DNA from: the human T2T-CHM13v2.0 reference genome, Homo sapiens
DNA: 64,000 nt
NCBI RefSeq assembly: GCF_009914755.1
Contig: NC_060929.1
Direction: 5' to 3' (one strand)
The position numbers and the translations under genes were made by a program. Below the pieces are notes generated by a model that was not told where the DNA came from, searched no databases, and was given only the letters and a program-made list of their open reading frames with translations. Shown here piece after piece: positions 1 to 16,404 of the stretch (position 1 is its first letter; each line of letters starts with the position of its first letter).

Positions 1-2
1 TT

Positions 3-299
3 CTTTTTTTTTTTTTTTGAGATGGAGTCTTGCTTTGTCGCCCAGGCTGGAGTGCAGTGGCGTGATCTCGGCTCAGGGCAACCTCCGCCTCCCAGGTTAA
101 GTGATTCTCCTGCTTCAGCCTCCTGAGTAGCTGGGTTTACAGGCATGCACCACCACACCCAATTAATTTTTGTTTTTTTAGTAAATACTGGGTTTCACCA
201 TGTTGGCTAGGCTGGTCTTGAACTCCTGGCCTCAAGTGATACACCCACCCCCACCTCCCAAAGTGCTGGGATTACAGGCATGAGCCACTGTGCCCAGCC
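3..299 (-). mobile_element. Alu (S-type)
   Basis: Poly(T) followed by a full antisense Alu dimer. Confidence 0.95.
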
Positions 300-1843
300 T
301 GTCTAACTACATTTCAACACAATAATTCCTCTTCCTCTGTTTCCTCCCTGACCTGCCTCCCTCATCTTGGTCTTTGAATTCTTGCTGACAGTTGCTTTCT
401 CCTCCTTTTGCTCTCTGGTTGTTTTCATGGGACTCTGCCATGCCTGCTTAGTTCTTTAGGTATTATTTTTGAAAACTGTTCCTTTTTAGATTTGACATCA
501 CTGTGACTCTTCTGTAAGTTCCTTGACTGTATTTCTTTTTGGATACTGAAATAGTTTGAGCTGAACTCAGTGTTCTGGTACAGAGAACAGGATGCTAAGG
601 TAAAATTGTGTCCTTTGCTTCCCACAGAAATTTGAAAAAGAAAGCCCATAAAATGTTTCAAACATGCAGAAAGTATACAGAATAATAGAACTGAATGCTG
701 GTGTGCTCACTCCCTGGGTGTATTAAGTGTTAACATGACATTTTGTTATCTTTGCCACAGATTTGAAAAGAATGTACTCATTTAAAAGTTTATTTATGTG
801 TTCAAAATATATTGATGGACATGTTGGTTATTTACATATTTTTGCTATTGTAACAATGCTATGTGAGTGTTTCCCTGTGCTCATAGGCAAGTTTTTGTAG
901 CCATAGATAATCTGTAACACAAACTTCTGGGTGATTGATAAGCAAAACTGTAAGTGATAATCACTTCTGTAATATGTTGACAAATAAATGTTGAAGCCAC
1001 TTTCAATAACATACATGAAAGCTTTAGTTGAGGAAGAATGCTTTTTGTGTTGGCCATTTAGATGGAAAAATGCTAACTCATGTTACCTTTCATCTTTTGA
1101 TTATACCAGTATGGCATGCTGTTTTTCAGAACATGCTGTTTGCATGCCTATAAGGAAAACTGATGGAATATTGGAATTAGTAGCAAAAATTGCTTTCATA
1201 TGATAATTTAAAAAATATTCATTATATACTTTATTTTTCCTTGGTGATATCGTTCAATCCTATTTAGGAGTCATCAGCCAAACCTATATTTATTATTCTT
1301 TGTACCATCCTAATTTCTGAGCAAGATTTTTTTAAAGCTTTTTATTATGGAAAATTTTAAACACACAAAACTAGAGAAGATAGTACTGTGAACCCTATGT
1401 ACACATCACCCAACTTCAATACAATCGACTTTTCTTTTGAGGAAGGCTTTAAACTGCAATCTTAACATTAGTTTTATATTTAGAAAGTATTACATCCAGC
1501 GTAACACAAAATATTAATAACATCCATTTGAAGAGTTATTTTAGTATTCCTGTGAGGTAACTGGCAAATGTTTAGAGGACTTATTATTATTATTAGACAT
1601 AAAAGTTATCCTTTTAATACAGTTTTGCAAAATTATAGGTATATTGTGGATTTCTTCTCTCCATTAGTTTTTCAGGCCAGTAGTCTATCAGGCCAGTCTT
1701 CTCTCTGACAGGGAGATTGTCCATAAGTTTTGTAAAAGTGAGACATAAGCCCTTCAAAATGTTTTGATACAAGAAGTCAGAAAACTATTTCAAACATTTA
1801 GAGGACTTTGTTTTTAAAATGATGTTCAGGGACCAACCAGTAA

Positions 1844-2068
<225 letters not shown>

Positions 2069-2129
2069 TAAGAACGTTGGTCGATGGAAATTAAATATGC
2101 AGAACATAAAATACACCATTTAAACTATT

Positions 2130-3970
<1,841 letters not shown>

Positions 3971-4129
3971 AAAAAAACTTTTACTTATTTTTTCTTTTAC
4001 CTCAGCTATACAATTGTTTGACTCAAGGTCAATAACAAGTTAATAAGCTGTTAAGAGAAAGCAGCAAGATTCCTACAGTGTATTAACTTTTGTGTAAAAT
4101 GGAGAGAAATATACATTTGTATACTTCTA

Positions 4130-4520
<391 letters not shown>

Positions 4521-4529
4521 AGAAAGAAA

Positions 4530-4815
4530 GAAACAGAAAAGGACAAATAAATGATTTTACTTCTATGAAATATTGAGAATAGGCAAATTCATGGAGGCAG
4601 AAAGTAGATTAGTTGTTGCCAGGGACTAGGAGGAGGGTGGAATGGGAGTGACCGCTAATGAGGATGGGGTTTCTTCTGGGAGTGATGAAATTTTCTGGAA
4701 TTGGGTAGTGGTGATGGTTGCACACTTTGTGCACTTTGTGAATGTACTAAAAGCCACTGAATTGTATGCTTTAAAATAGTGAATTTTATGGTATGTGAAT
4801 TCTATTCCAAAAAGT
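4530..4815 (+). mobile_element. L1MB-like 3' end
   Basis: ataggcaaattcatggaggcagaaagtagattag...ccactgaattgtatgctttaaaa signature. Confidence 0.85.
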
Positions 4816-5042
4816 TTGTTGCTTCAAAAATTTGTCCAAGAATCATCTTTGGTTATGGAATACTAATACAAATTCATTAGAAAGAATATGTTAAATAGAG
4901 CTTATGTTTTGATGTAAAATAAGTATATTTCCCAAAAGAGGGTGTTAATTTTTAATAACTTTTACTGAAGATCAGGTAGGCCTGAAGGGCTGCCATTTCA
5001 AATGTAAAAGTCTTAAGGCATTATTTTAAAAGCCTGCAGCCA

Positions 5043-5073
<31 letters not shown>

Positions 5074-5080
5074 TATTATT
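5043..5080. repeat. (TTA)n microsatellite
   Basis: Read directly, one interruption. Confidence 0.9.
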
Positions 5081-6785
5081 TTAATTTATCTCTTGTATGT
5101 GATAGCTGTCATTTGTTAATGAGAGGAAAATGCACTCAAAATTTACCTTTGTATAGTAAAAGGTACAAACTTTCATGGGCCATTCTTGTTTATTTTTTGA
5201 CTAGAAAATGAGTAAAGATATGACTACAATTTGAAAACATCTTTTTGGAAATACAGGCAGATCATAATAGTGGAATAATGCGAAGGGTTTTAGAGAGAAG
5301 ATTTTGTCTAAGGGTCAGTAGTTACAATGTCCATTCAGTTAACTTGTACCTTATAAAGAAGCCACTTGGCAGCCAGGGAAGCCTGAAGTTCTGTTGGAGA
5401 ACTGGACCCCATCCAGCAATCCACCTTTGAAAGACCATGTTCACAGGGAGAAAAAGGCAGTAGCAGCAGCCTCATCCTTTAGAGAATTCTAAATTCTGAC
5501 GCACGCTTGACCGAATGTTGAGAAAGGGCTTTGAAGGGTTTGCACGTAGTGTGGGGTGTAGTGCTGTAGCTTTTAGTAGCTTAGAGTAGTTGAAAAAAAC
5601 AGATAGTAAGACAAGTTTTTGAAGGCGCTTTTTGTTCTCCTGTCTTTTGTTTATCTTTTGAACTTGTCATTTAGTCAAATGAGCTGTTTTAATTTTCTCT
5701 TTGACTTCTATCATCTTTGCACCTATCACACTATCAAACGTTGTGGGTGTTCAATAAATATTAACTGATGACAAATTCTTATTTTTTTTTTTGGTTGATA
5801 TTAGTCAGATCCCTGAAAATAAATATAATTTATCTGTTGTTTATTCCTTTTTGCGACTTTAAATATCCAGACACCTCTTATAATTTGTTATTGTCTGGAC
5901 TGAATGTTATTTTACACTAAATGTTTTGGAAGGAAAAGAACCAAGAATTTAGTTCTGGGGGTGGAATAATTGGAGGTGAAAATTTTAACTAACTCTCTCT
6001 GCAGAAGGATATTTAAGACAAAGCTTTTGATGTAGAGAGTAATAAGTTGTTTCTATGCTGTATTTTCTTTTCTTTTTTCTTTTTGTTTCAGGGCTCCCCT
6101 CAAGAAAGACTTTTTCTTTACCTTCAACCTCTCTGTGCTATATTTTAGATTAATGTTCATTATTCTAATAAAAGCTTTTCTTATTTGAGTTGATTAATTT
6201 GTTTCTTTTTCTTCAAAGAAATAGGAATCAATAAATAATTCCTAAGGGGTTGGATTGGCATTTAGCCTTAAATTATTTTTCTTTCTTTTTCCTGGTAGAA
6301 TTTCTCTGGCTATAATTAAGTTATTCTTAATTTATTACTGGAGTTTGTTTCTTTTTGGCCACATTCTGCTAGATCTTAGGTTTAGGTAATCTTGGAGATT
6401 TTTTTCCTACCTCTCTTTCCTATGCAGAGTTTGTGATAGTAAATGGAATTTTTCAGCATGTTATTGAGTATTCAAAGATGAATAAATCACAGTTCCTGCC
6501 ACCAAGGAATTCACAGCATAGAGGAGATGACAGACATAACATGCACATTACTGAACTACATTCTGACACATGCCGTGTTGGAGGTGTAAGTGCAATGCCC
6601 TTGGACCGTGGATAGGCAGGCAGTCCTCTATTAATACCATGGAGAAGGCCTGGGCGGGTCAGGAAAGCTGTGTAGAGGAGGCAACTTGAGGTGGGACTTG
6701 AAGGGTAAGTGGGAATTCGTCAGGTAGGTGAGAAGAAGAGATCCCAGGCAGTGGGAGGAACACACACACAGACACAAAGTCTTGA

Positions 6786-7146
<361 letters not shown>

Positions 7147-7427
7147 AGGTCTTTCAAGCTGGAAACGTGTGGGCTCAAATGAGACTCCATTGCTTGCTAT
7201 GGACTGTAAGCAAGTTCTTTGTGACTCTGGGCTTAGATTTTTCACCTGTAAGAGTAAAGATAATAGTCTCCAGGTTTCCTAGGTGCATGAATGAGAAAGC
7301 ACAGTGTTCTTTAGTTCTATGGAAGAAAAAGTACAGGTATAGTCAGGTGAGGAGTTGTGCATGTTGGGGAAGCATTTTTATATGTCTGATGGACCGATTT
7401 CACTGATGATTTTTATCCTTGTTGTAG

Positions 7428-7492
7428 GTTAAAGCGGCAACTGGGGAAGAAGTATCTGCTGAGGATCTTGGAGGTGCTGATCTTCATTGCAG
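7428..7492 (+). CDS. MCCC2: MCCC2 exon 8 (65 nt) VKAATGEEVSAEDLGGADLHCR
   Basis: ttgtag|GTT...AG|gtgaaa; conserved TGEEV..EDLGGA motif. Confidence 0.97.
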
Positions 7493-7930
7493 GTGAAACA
7501 GAAATGGTTGTTTCTTTCCGGGATTGAGTGTCATTTTGTTTGTTTGTTTAAAAGAAGTTTTACGTATTTGTTTCCAGTGCTAAACTTGCCAGACCACACC
7601 ACAGTTTATTTGTTCTTGATCTGCTGGTTTAATGTTCAATTCTTTGAACTGTAGAGTTGCATTTCCAAGCTAGAGCATCAGCCAAGAAGGACTGGAGAGA
7701 CAGGTTTCTTATTTATTTGACAAACATTCACTGGGCACCTGTTATGTAGCAGGCACTGTTCTGGGTGCCTGAGGTAAGAGGTAGATACTATCTTTGACTT
7801 CGAGGACCTTATATTCTAGTCAGGGAGGTGGGCAATTGCAAGTAATTGCACAAAATTATGTAAATGTGGCTGATACGCGATAAGGCTTACAAAGGAGAAG
7901 AGGGAAGAGCATAGAGGAGGTGGGTCTACC

Positions 7931-8135
7931 CTGGGGTGTACAGTTAAATGTTTAGTAACTGGTTCTCTGGGGAGGAAAAAATGCCCCGATCTGTGGCATT
8001 TGCCAATTTCTGTGGTATGAGTGATCCCACCATGGCTGATTTCAGGCTGCCAACATGATGCCTCTATGTGGAATCAGACACAGATGCACGTAGTTGGCTC
8101 TTGTGAGTTAGCTGTGAGCTGGCTTCGTCACATTG
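7931..8135. mobile_element. MER63A-like hAT DNA transposon remnant
   Basis: taaatgtttagtaactggttctc...cccaccatggctgatttcaggctgccaac similarity to remembered consensus. Confidence 0.7.
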
Positions 8136-8394
8136 TTGGCCTGACCATGTTAGGTTAGAGTGCAGGGGTAAGAAGACCCTCTACCTCCTAGAATGTTGTC
8201 AGAAGTCAATGAGATACAATACATGTGGATTGCTTTAGAATGAAACTATACCTGCTTTTGATAAGTTAGCTATAAATGTTGGTTGCCATTATGATTATTT
8301 TCTTGTTTGTCATCATAGTTGCTCAATAAAGGTTTTAGACTTTTTTTTTTTAGGAGTAATTGGGAAACAATTGAGGAGGAGGGTTTTTTTTTCA

Positions 8395-8602
<208 letters not shown>

Positions 8603-10255
8603 TAAAAAAAGTAAAGCTGTAGGCAATATATTATGTTAACGGTGTAGATTCTGGAATTTAACTTCCGTTTGCCTCCCCTATTCCCCTTGGGACTTAGACA
8701 AACTGCTTACCCTATCTGAGTCTCATTTCCTCATAGATAAAGTGAAAATTGTGAATAGTGCCTGCCTCATAACACAGCATCTACTACATATAACAGTAAT
8801 AACTCTATTACTGTTATTCATAATAACCTGTTTAAAATTGTGAGGAAATGATTGGGGGTGATGAATTTTTTTTTTGGAAAGTACCATGAAATTTATTAGT
8901 CACAAGTGGCTCTGTGTTCTCTCAAATGCATCTTTATACCTCTCTTAAGTCATCCTTAAGAGCTAATTTGACACAAAGACTTATATATACAGTGTCTCAT
9001 TGAAGGTTTTCCTTTCCTGCTGTTTTGGTAAATACTAGACAGTTTTCATAAAAAAGCATTTTATTTTAAATATTTACTGATTTAGAAGCTGTTCCTTCTG
9101 CTTCTATTTGACTTCTGACAGTGTAGTTATAAGTCAGCATTTATAACTGGTATTATGTATGAAGCATTTAAAATATATGGTCAGTCATAACATGATAAAA
9201 TGTTGTATTAAATTAAAGAAACTGAAAAAGATCTACCATTTGCGAGGCATCTGTGGGCTATGAAAAAGAGTAAACGTGGTCTCTGCTTTTACTCAGGAAC
9301 TCCCAGTCCTAAAGTAGAGTGTCATGAAATCACTGAGAGCCTAGCTCTAAGATATGTCTCCCAAGGAGTTTGGTGTTTTCCCAGGCAAGCCATAAAAATT
9401 TAGATTGCAGCAGCTTAGTCCTTACTCATAAAATGAACAAATTATTTTTTTCAGGTATGTATTTTTGACTGACTTTACAGAGTTTTAAATACTTTATTAG
9501 AAAGTCATAGTTTATCTACATTTATCTACTATTGAAATAACAGGCCATCTAATTGGGACAGGACTAATAACCAGAGCAAGCCCGTACTTCATTCACTGCA
9601 CTTGAAATTGAACAGGAACTTCCATGGCCCCTGCCACAGAACCGTTTTACTAGTTCCGATTTTTACCCATAATCCAAGGGCCAATGTATTCAAGCCTTTT
9701 CATTTGTTGCCTGTGATGGCTTACTGTCAGTGTAACTTTGTAGGGAGGGGGCTCAGAGTTCTCTCAGAAATGAGAGGCCAGAATTGGCATCTCCATTAGG
9801 AGCTCAGTTACGTACACAGTTTATGCCGTAACCAACTACATCATGAAAGTGTGCCGTCTGTGGTTGGCCTTCATCACACGCAATTCTGCTTACGGTACAG
9901 GGGATGAGTACTTAATAGAAGCCTTTGTCAGCAAGGCCCCTTGGTCTAGCAGAGGAAGGTTAAGGTTAGAAAATAGAAGGCGGGGGTTCTTATGCAGCTA
10001 CTTGTGGTCTTAGGTGAAGGTACTTAACTTATGCGTACTTCAGCTTTTCCTGTTTGTAAAACAAAGGGAATACAGTTTTGCCAGAGTTCTTAAAAGGACT
10101 ACTTAAGATGACATTTATTAAAGATGACAAATTTTTTAAGTGTTTTAGAAGTAAAAGTGCTGTCATCTTTAGATGAGAGAAGATACTTGGGACCTGAGAT
10201 ATTTAATTATTTTCCTTTTCCCTGTTCTGACAAGTTTAGTTTGCTTATTCTGTAG

Positions 10256-10355
10256 AAAGTCTGGAGTAAGTGACCACTGGGCTTTGGATGATCATCATGC
10301 CCTTCACTTAACTAGGAAGGTTGTGAGGAATCTAAATTATCAGAAGAAATTGGAT
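10256..10355 (+). CDS. MCCC2: MCCC2 exon 9 (100 nt) [33 protein letters not shown]
   Basis: ctgtag|A...GAT|gtgagt; phase continues from exon 8. Confidence 0.97.
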
Positions 10356-10448
10356 GTGAGTACGATATGTTCTTATATCTTTTATTTTCCTGAAATGCAT
10401 TTTGACTCACTGCACCTTGAAATCATGTCTTTAAACAGGTTAACATGA

Positions 10449-10631
<183 letters not shown>

Positions 10632-11416
10632 TAAAGTTTGTTAAGATATGTTCATGCCTAGAAATAGATGTGGATCTCAGTAAGGAGTGACATATGTGGC
10701 AATGATACCTTTCCATACTGTGGATATCATTGGCACAGAGTAAATACTAAAAGAGGGGAGTGGGGGACCTCAATGATTGGAAAGTTTTCATTGCGCAAAA
10801 AGTGTGATTTGGTCATAAGTAAGACTCCATGTCCTGTGCACATTATGAATGATGTAAGGCAACTTAACAATTGTCAGCTATTTCTTTTCATTGTTCTTAT
10901 TTTGGGAAATGGGTGAAATGTCAGTAAGTTGTTGGAAGAAAAAACATACCCTTTTAGATCAATATGACATTTGCAATGATTAGACCTGATTACAGTTGAA
11001 AATGTTGCTATGGTTACACATTGTCGACATAGTGTTCTGTAATTTAGATGGACAACTTTTAGGGTTTAGAGCATATAGTCTTTTATTTTGTTCAGTATCC
11101 ATAGTTGGCAGAGTAGTTTTTAAATTAGGAAATTATCTTAATATCAAATTCTGTACTGGAAGTTTTAATATTTCAAATTATATTTTCCCCTTGACTATAA
11201 AATATTATATATTAGTTGTGAAAAATATAGAAAATACAGAAAAGAAAAAAATTAAATTGCATATAATTCCACCCTCTAGAGAAGGTGGCTAATATTTGGA
11301 TGTTTTAGGTTAATGTGTATATACGCACATTTTTATGTAGTTGAGATAGTCTATACGTATATTTTTTTATTTTACTTTTTCTAGTTTAAATTATAAACAT
11401 TTTCCCATGTCTTTAG

Positions 11417-11480
11417 AAATTCTTCATGAAATATTTTCTACGGCTAGATCTTAATTCCTATAATAGTACTTGGCAACATG
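11417..11480 (+). other. MCCC2: Cryptic 64-nt exon in intron 10 (KFFMKYFLRLDLNSYNSTWQH-G)
   Basis: tttcccatgtctttag|AAA...CATG|gtaagt; open in phase 0 and ends in phase 1 like exon 11; matches my recollection of the described cryptic exon 10a. Confidence 0.8.
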
Positions 11481-11738
11481 GTAAGTAATCAGTAACTATT
11501 TTCTGAATGCATTGATGGATATAATGTTCTGTTGTATGGATTTATTTAGGCAATACCCCAGCATTGCTAGTGGGTCTTAAATCCTGGATTTTATTGAGCT
11601 TCAAGTGATACTTCACTTTAGCAAACGTGACTTAGTTAATTGTAAATTTTTAAATTAGGTTTTTAGTTTAACTTTTAATTAATTATAAGCACAGGAAAAA
11701 ATGGTACTTAAACTCTGACATACTTGAAAAATGTGTTG

Positions 11739-12060
11739 GGCCAGGCGCAGTGGTTCATGCCTGTAATCCCAGCACTTTGGGAAGTGGAGGCAGGCAGATC
11801 CCTTGAGTCTAGGAGATCAGCTGGCTAACATGGTGAAACCCCATCTCTACTAAACATACAAAAATTAGCCGGGCGTGGTAGCACATGCCTGTAATCCCAG
11901 CTACTCGGGAGGCCGAAACAAGAGAATCGCTTGAACCTGGGAGCAGAGGTTGCAGTGAACCGAGATTGCACTACTGCACTCCAGCCTGGGTGACAGAGTG
12001 AGACTCTGTCTCAAATAAATAAATAAATAAATAAAGATAAAAATAAACAAATAAATAAAA
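11739..12060 (+). mobile_element. Alu (S-type) with (TAAA)n tail
   Basis: Full sense Alu. Confidence 0.95.
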
Positions 12061-12129
12061 GAGAAAAATGAGTTGTTCCAGGTAGCCAAGTTCTCTGGTT
12101 GGCTGAGAATTCACCCTTTTTCGTGTAAC

Positions 12130-12356
12130 CACTGCAACCACTGCTTCCCAGGTTCAAGCGATTCTCCTGCCTCAGCCTCCCGAGTAGCTGGGATTACAGG
12201 CACCCGCCACCATACCTGGCTAATTTTTGTATTTTTAGTAGAGGCGGGGTTTCACCATGTTGGTCTGGCTTTTCTCGAACTCCTGACCTTAGGTGATCCG
12301 CCCACCTCAGCCTTCCGAAGTGCTGGGATTACAGATGTGAGCCACCACACCTGGCC
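12130..12356 (-). mobile_element. Alu (Sx-like), lacking 3' end and tail
   Basis: Antisense Alu beginning at cactgcaacc. Confidence 0.9.
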
Positions 12357-13040
12357 AATTAATACATTCTTTTAAAAAAAATGTATTAAAGTTATAGCTT
12401 TTAAGTTCAGCTTAAAGATACATTATTCTATGTATAAGTCTAGGAAATTTTAACATTTCCCCCCTTCTTCCTAAGAAATTTTCAAATATGCTGAGATGTT
12501 CAAAGAATAATACAATGATCACCTGTATATGAACCTCATAGAGTCAACAATTGTTAGAACTTGTGTCATTTGTGTGTGAAATACATTTTAAAGCACAGGC
12601 ACACCTCAGATACATTGTGGGTTCAGTTCCAGATCACTGCAATAAAGTTAATATCACAATAAAGTGAGTCACATGAACTTTTTGGTTTTCCAGAGCATAT
12701 AAAAGTTATATTTATACTATATTGTAGTCTGTTCAGTGTGCAGGAGCACCTTGCCTTTAAAAAGTACATACATTAATTTAAAAATACCTTATTGCTTTTA
12801 AAAATGCTAACAATCATCTGAACCTTCAGTGAATCATCTTTTGCTGGTGGAGGGTCTTGCCTTGATGCTAATGACAGCCAACTAATCAGGGTAGAGGTTG
12901 CTGAAGGTTGGGGTGGCTGTGGCAATTTCTTAAAAGAAGACAACAATGAAGTCTGCCACACTGACTGACTCTTGCTTTTATGAAATATTCTCTGTAGTAT
13001 GCCATACTGTTTGCTAGCATTTGATCCAGGGTAGAACTTT

Positions 13041-13323
13041 GTTTTTTTTCAGACTGAGTCTCACTCTGTCACCCAGGCTGGAGTGCAGTGGCGCGATCTC
13101 AGCTCACTGCAAGCTCAGCCTCCTGGGTTCATGCCATTCTCCTGCCTCCTGAGTAGCAGGGACTACAGGTGCCCGCCACTGCGCCTGGCTAATTTTTTGT
13201 ATTTTTAGTAGAGACGGGGTTTCACCGTATTAGCCAGGATAGTCTTGATCTCCGGACTTCATGATCTGCCCGCCTCGGCCTCCCAAAGTGCTGGGATTAC
13301 AGGCATCACCCACCGCGCCTGGC
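13041..13323 (-). mobile_element. AluY-like in Tigger1, TSD ccagggtagaacttt (13026-13040 / 13324-13338)
   Basis: 15-bp direct repeat flanks the Alu. Confidence 0.95.
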
Positions 13324-13744
13324 CCAGGGTAGAACTTTCAAAATGAGTCAGTCCTCTCAAACCTGACTACTGCTTTATTAACTAAATTTATGTAATACTC
13401 TATATCCGTAATTGTCATTTCACAGTGTTTGTAGCATCTTCACCAGGAGTACATTCTATCTCAAGAAACTTCTTTTTTTGCTCATTCATAAGAAGCAGCT
13501 CCTCATCTGTTCAAGTTTGAACATGAAATTGCAGCAGTTCAGTTACATCTTCAGACTCCACTTCTAACTCTAGTTATCTCCACCACATCTGAAGTGACTT
13601 CATCCATTGAAATCTTGAACCCCTCAAAGTTACCCATGAGGGTTGGAATCAACTTCTTCCAGTATCTTTAATTTAATTAAATATCCTTAATGTTGATATT
13701 TTGACCTCCTCGCATGAATCGTGAATATTCTCAATGGCATCTAG

Positions 13745-14149
<405 letters not shown>

Positions 14150-16314
14150 TAAATAATAAGACTTAAAAGTAAAAATGACTCCTTGCTCCGTGGGCTACAG
14201 AGTGGATGTTATAACAGCAGGCATGAAAAGAACACTCATCTCTTTGTGCATCTCTATCAGAGTCTTGAGTGACCAGGTATATTGTTAGTGAGCAGTAATA
14301 TTTTGAAAGAAATCTTTTTTTCTGAGTAGTAGGTCTCAACAGTGGCCTTAAAAATTCATTAAACCATGCCACAAATACGTATGCTGTCAGCCAGGGTTTG
14401 CTGTTACATTTATAGAGCACAGGCAGAGTAGATTTAGGATAATTCTGCAACTTAAAGTCACCAGCTGCATTAGCCTTTAACGAGAGAGTAAGCCTGTCCT
14501 CAGACGACGTGCACTAACCTCTCCCCAGCTATGAAAGTCCTAGGTGGCATCTTCTTCCACCAGAAGGCTGTTTCATCTACACTGAAAATCTGTTGTTTAA
14601 TGTAGCCACCTTCATCAATGATCTTAGCTAGATCTTCTGGATAACTTGCTGTAGCTTCTATAATACATCAGCACTTGCTGCCTCACCTTATACTTTTGTG
14701 GTACAAATGGCTTTTTTTTTTTTAAACCTCATGAACCAATCTCTGCTAGCTTCAAATTTTTCTTCTGCGACTTCACCTATCCAAGCCTTCAGGGAACTGA
14801 AGAGAGTTAAGACCTTGCTCTGGATTAAAGGGAATGTTGTGCCTGGCTTGATTTTCTATCCAGACTACTCAAACCTTCTCCATATCAGCAACAAGGCTGT
14901 TTTTGCTTTCTCGACATTATGGATTTTTTGTGAAGATAAGTGAATGTATTTTATGTGGCCTGGTGGTGTTAATTGTAATGCAAATACAACATAGTTTTTC
15001 ACTAAATGGTCCTAAATTGCTGTGCCCTTTGAGCAGCCGTATCTCTGTGTGGAAGAATGATAGTTGTTACGTGTTGATTGCTTGTTAAAGGTACAATTTT
15101 TACAGGTATATAGCACCCAAAACAGATAACTGTTACATTCCCATTGTATTATTGGATTTTTTAGGAAAAGAAGTAAAAAATAATTCAGAGTAAACTTTTA
15201 CTTGATGGTGAGAAAGATGTTGGGAAGCATTCACTCAGTTTTCAGCCTTTGCATCATACAAAACAAGATTTTGATTGATGTGGCAGACAGAAAAAGCGAA
15301 GTGCAAACTATGTAGAAAAATAGTATGTATCATCTAAAATAGTTTCTGAAATTGAAAATATGCTTCCTGTTTAGAACTCCTTACAGTAGTCCTGATATAT
15401 AATGATAAGCCCCAGGGATAAACTATTTAGTAATTTCCACTCCTTTATACATATGTGGATGATCCTTCAAGTATACCAGATTCAGAATCAATGAGTCTTT
15501 ATTAAGTGCTTAATAATAGTGATAGCTACACTTTAATGAGAGCCTGACAGTATGCTTTAGTTAGCACTTTATTTTTATTTTTTACTTTTTTATTTTTCTT
15601 TTTTCTACCCTGTTAACTGATAGTGCTGTTTATCCTTTTATTTTTTTTTCTAATTTATTATTTCTTGCTGAAAGGAATAGTTAGCACTTTTTACATTTTT
15701 TTTTTTTTTTTTTTTAACAGATGAGGAAACTGAAGCTTAAAGAATTTTCTAGTTTCTCAGTCGGAGAGCTGGGAGTCAGAGCTGGCTTTTCATGTCAGCA
15801 TGATTTTTGTAGGTTCCTACTTCCTTACAAGTAGATCATATCTTCACAGCTCTTCTGTTCCATCATTCCAGAAGTGAGAACTGAGACTCAGAGGGGTGAA
15901 GTGACTTACTCCAGGGCATACCAGTCATACTTGATACCTTAGATTGGAGCCTGTGTCTTTTGACTCTGAGCCCTGTCTCTACCCAGCTTTCTCATTGCAT
16001 CCCTGAACCTCTGCCGGTACATTCGAACAGTCCTTGAAGCTCTAAGTCTAGCAACCAGCCCTTGGAGCCTTTCCTGCTTTTCTTGCATGCAGCATGGTGC
16101 TGTTGCTTGTATAGTGAAGTATAAAATCAGAACCCAGAATGACTTCAGGGCATTAACCAGGCATGTCAAATGAAATTCTAGTGAGATTTTCTGTGTAGTG
16201 TGAAATTTTGTGAAAGTGACAACTTCACTGTGAATTGTTTTCCTATAAGTAACTTTAATACAAAAATTCTTTTGCAATATAATTTCTCAAGGCCATTGTT
16301 GTTTTTCCTCTTAG

Positions 16315-16404
<90 letters not shown>

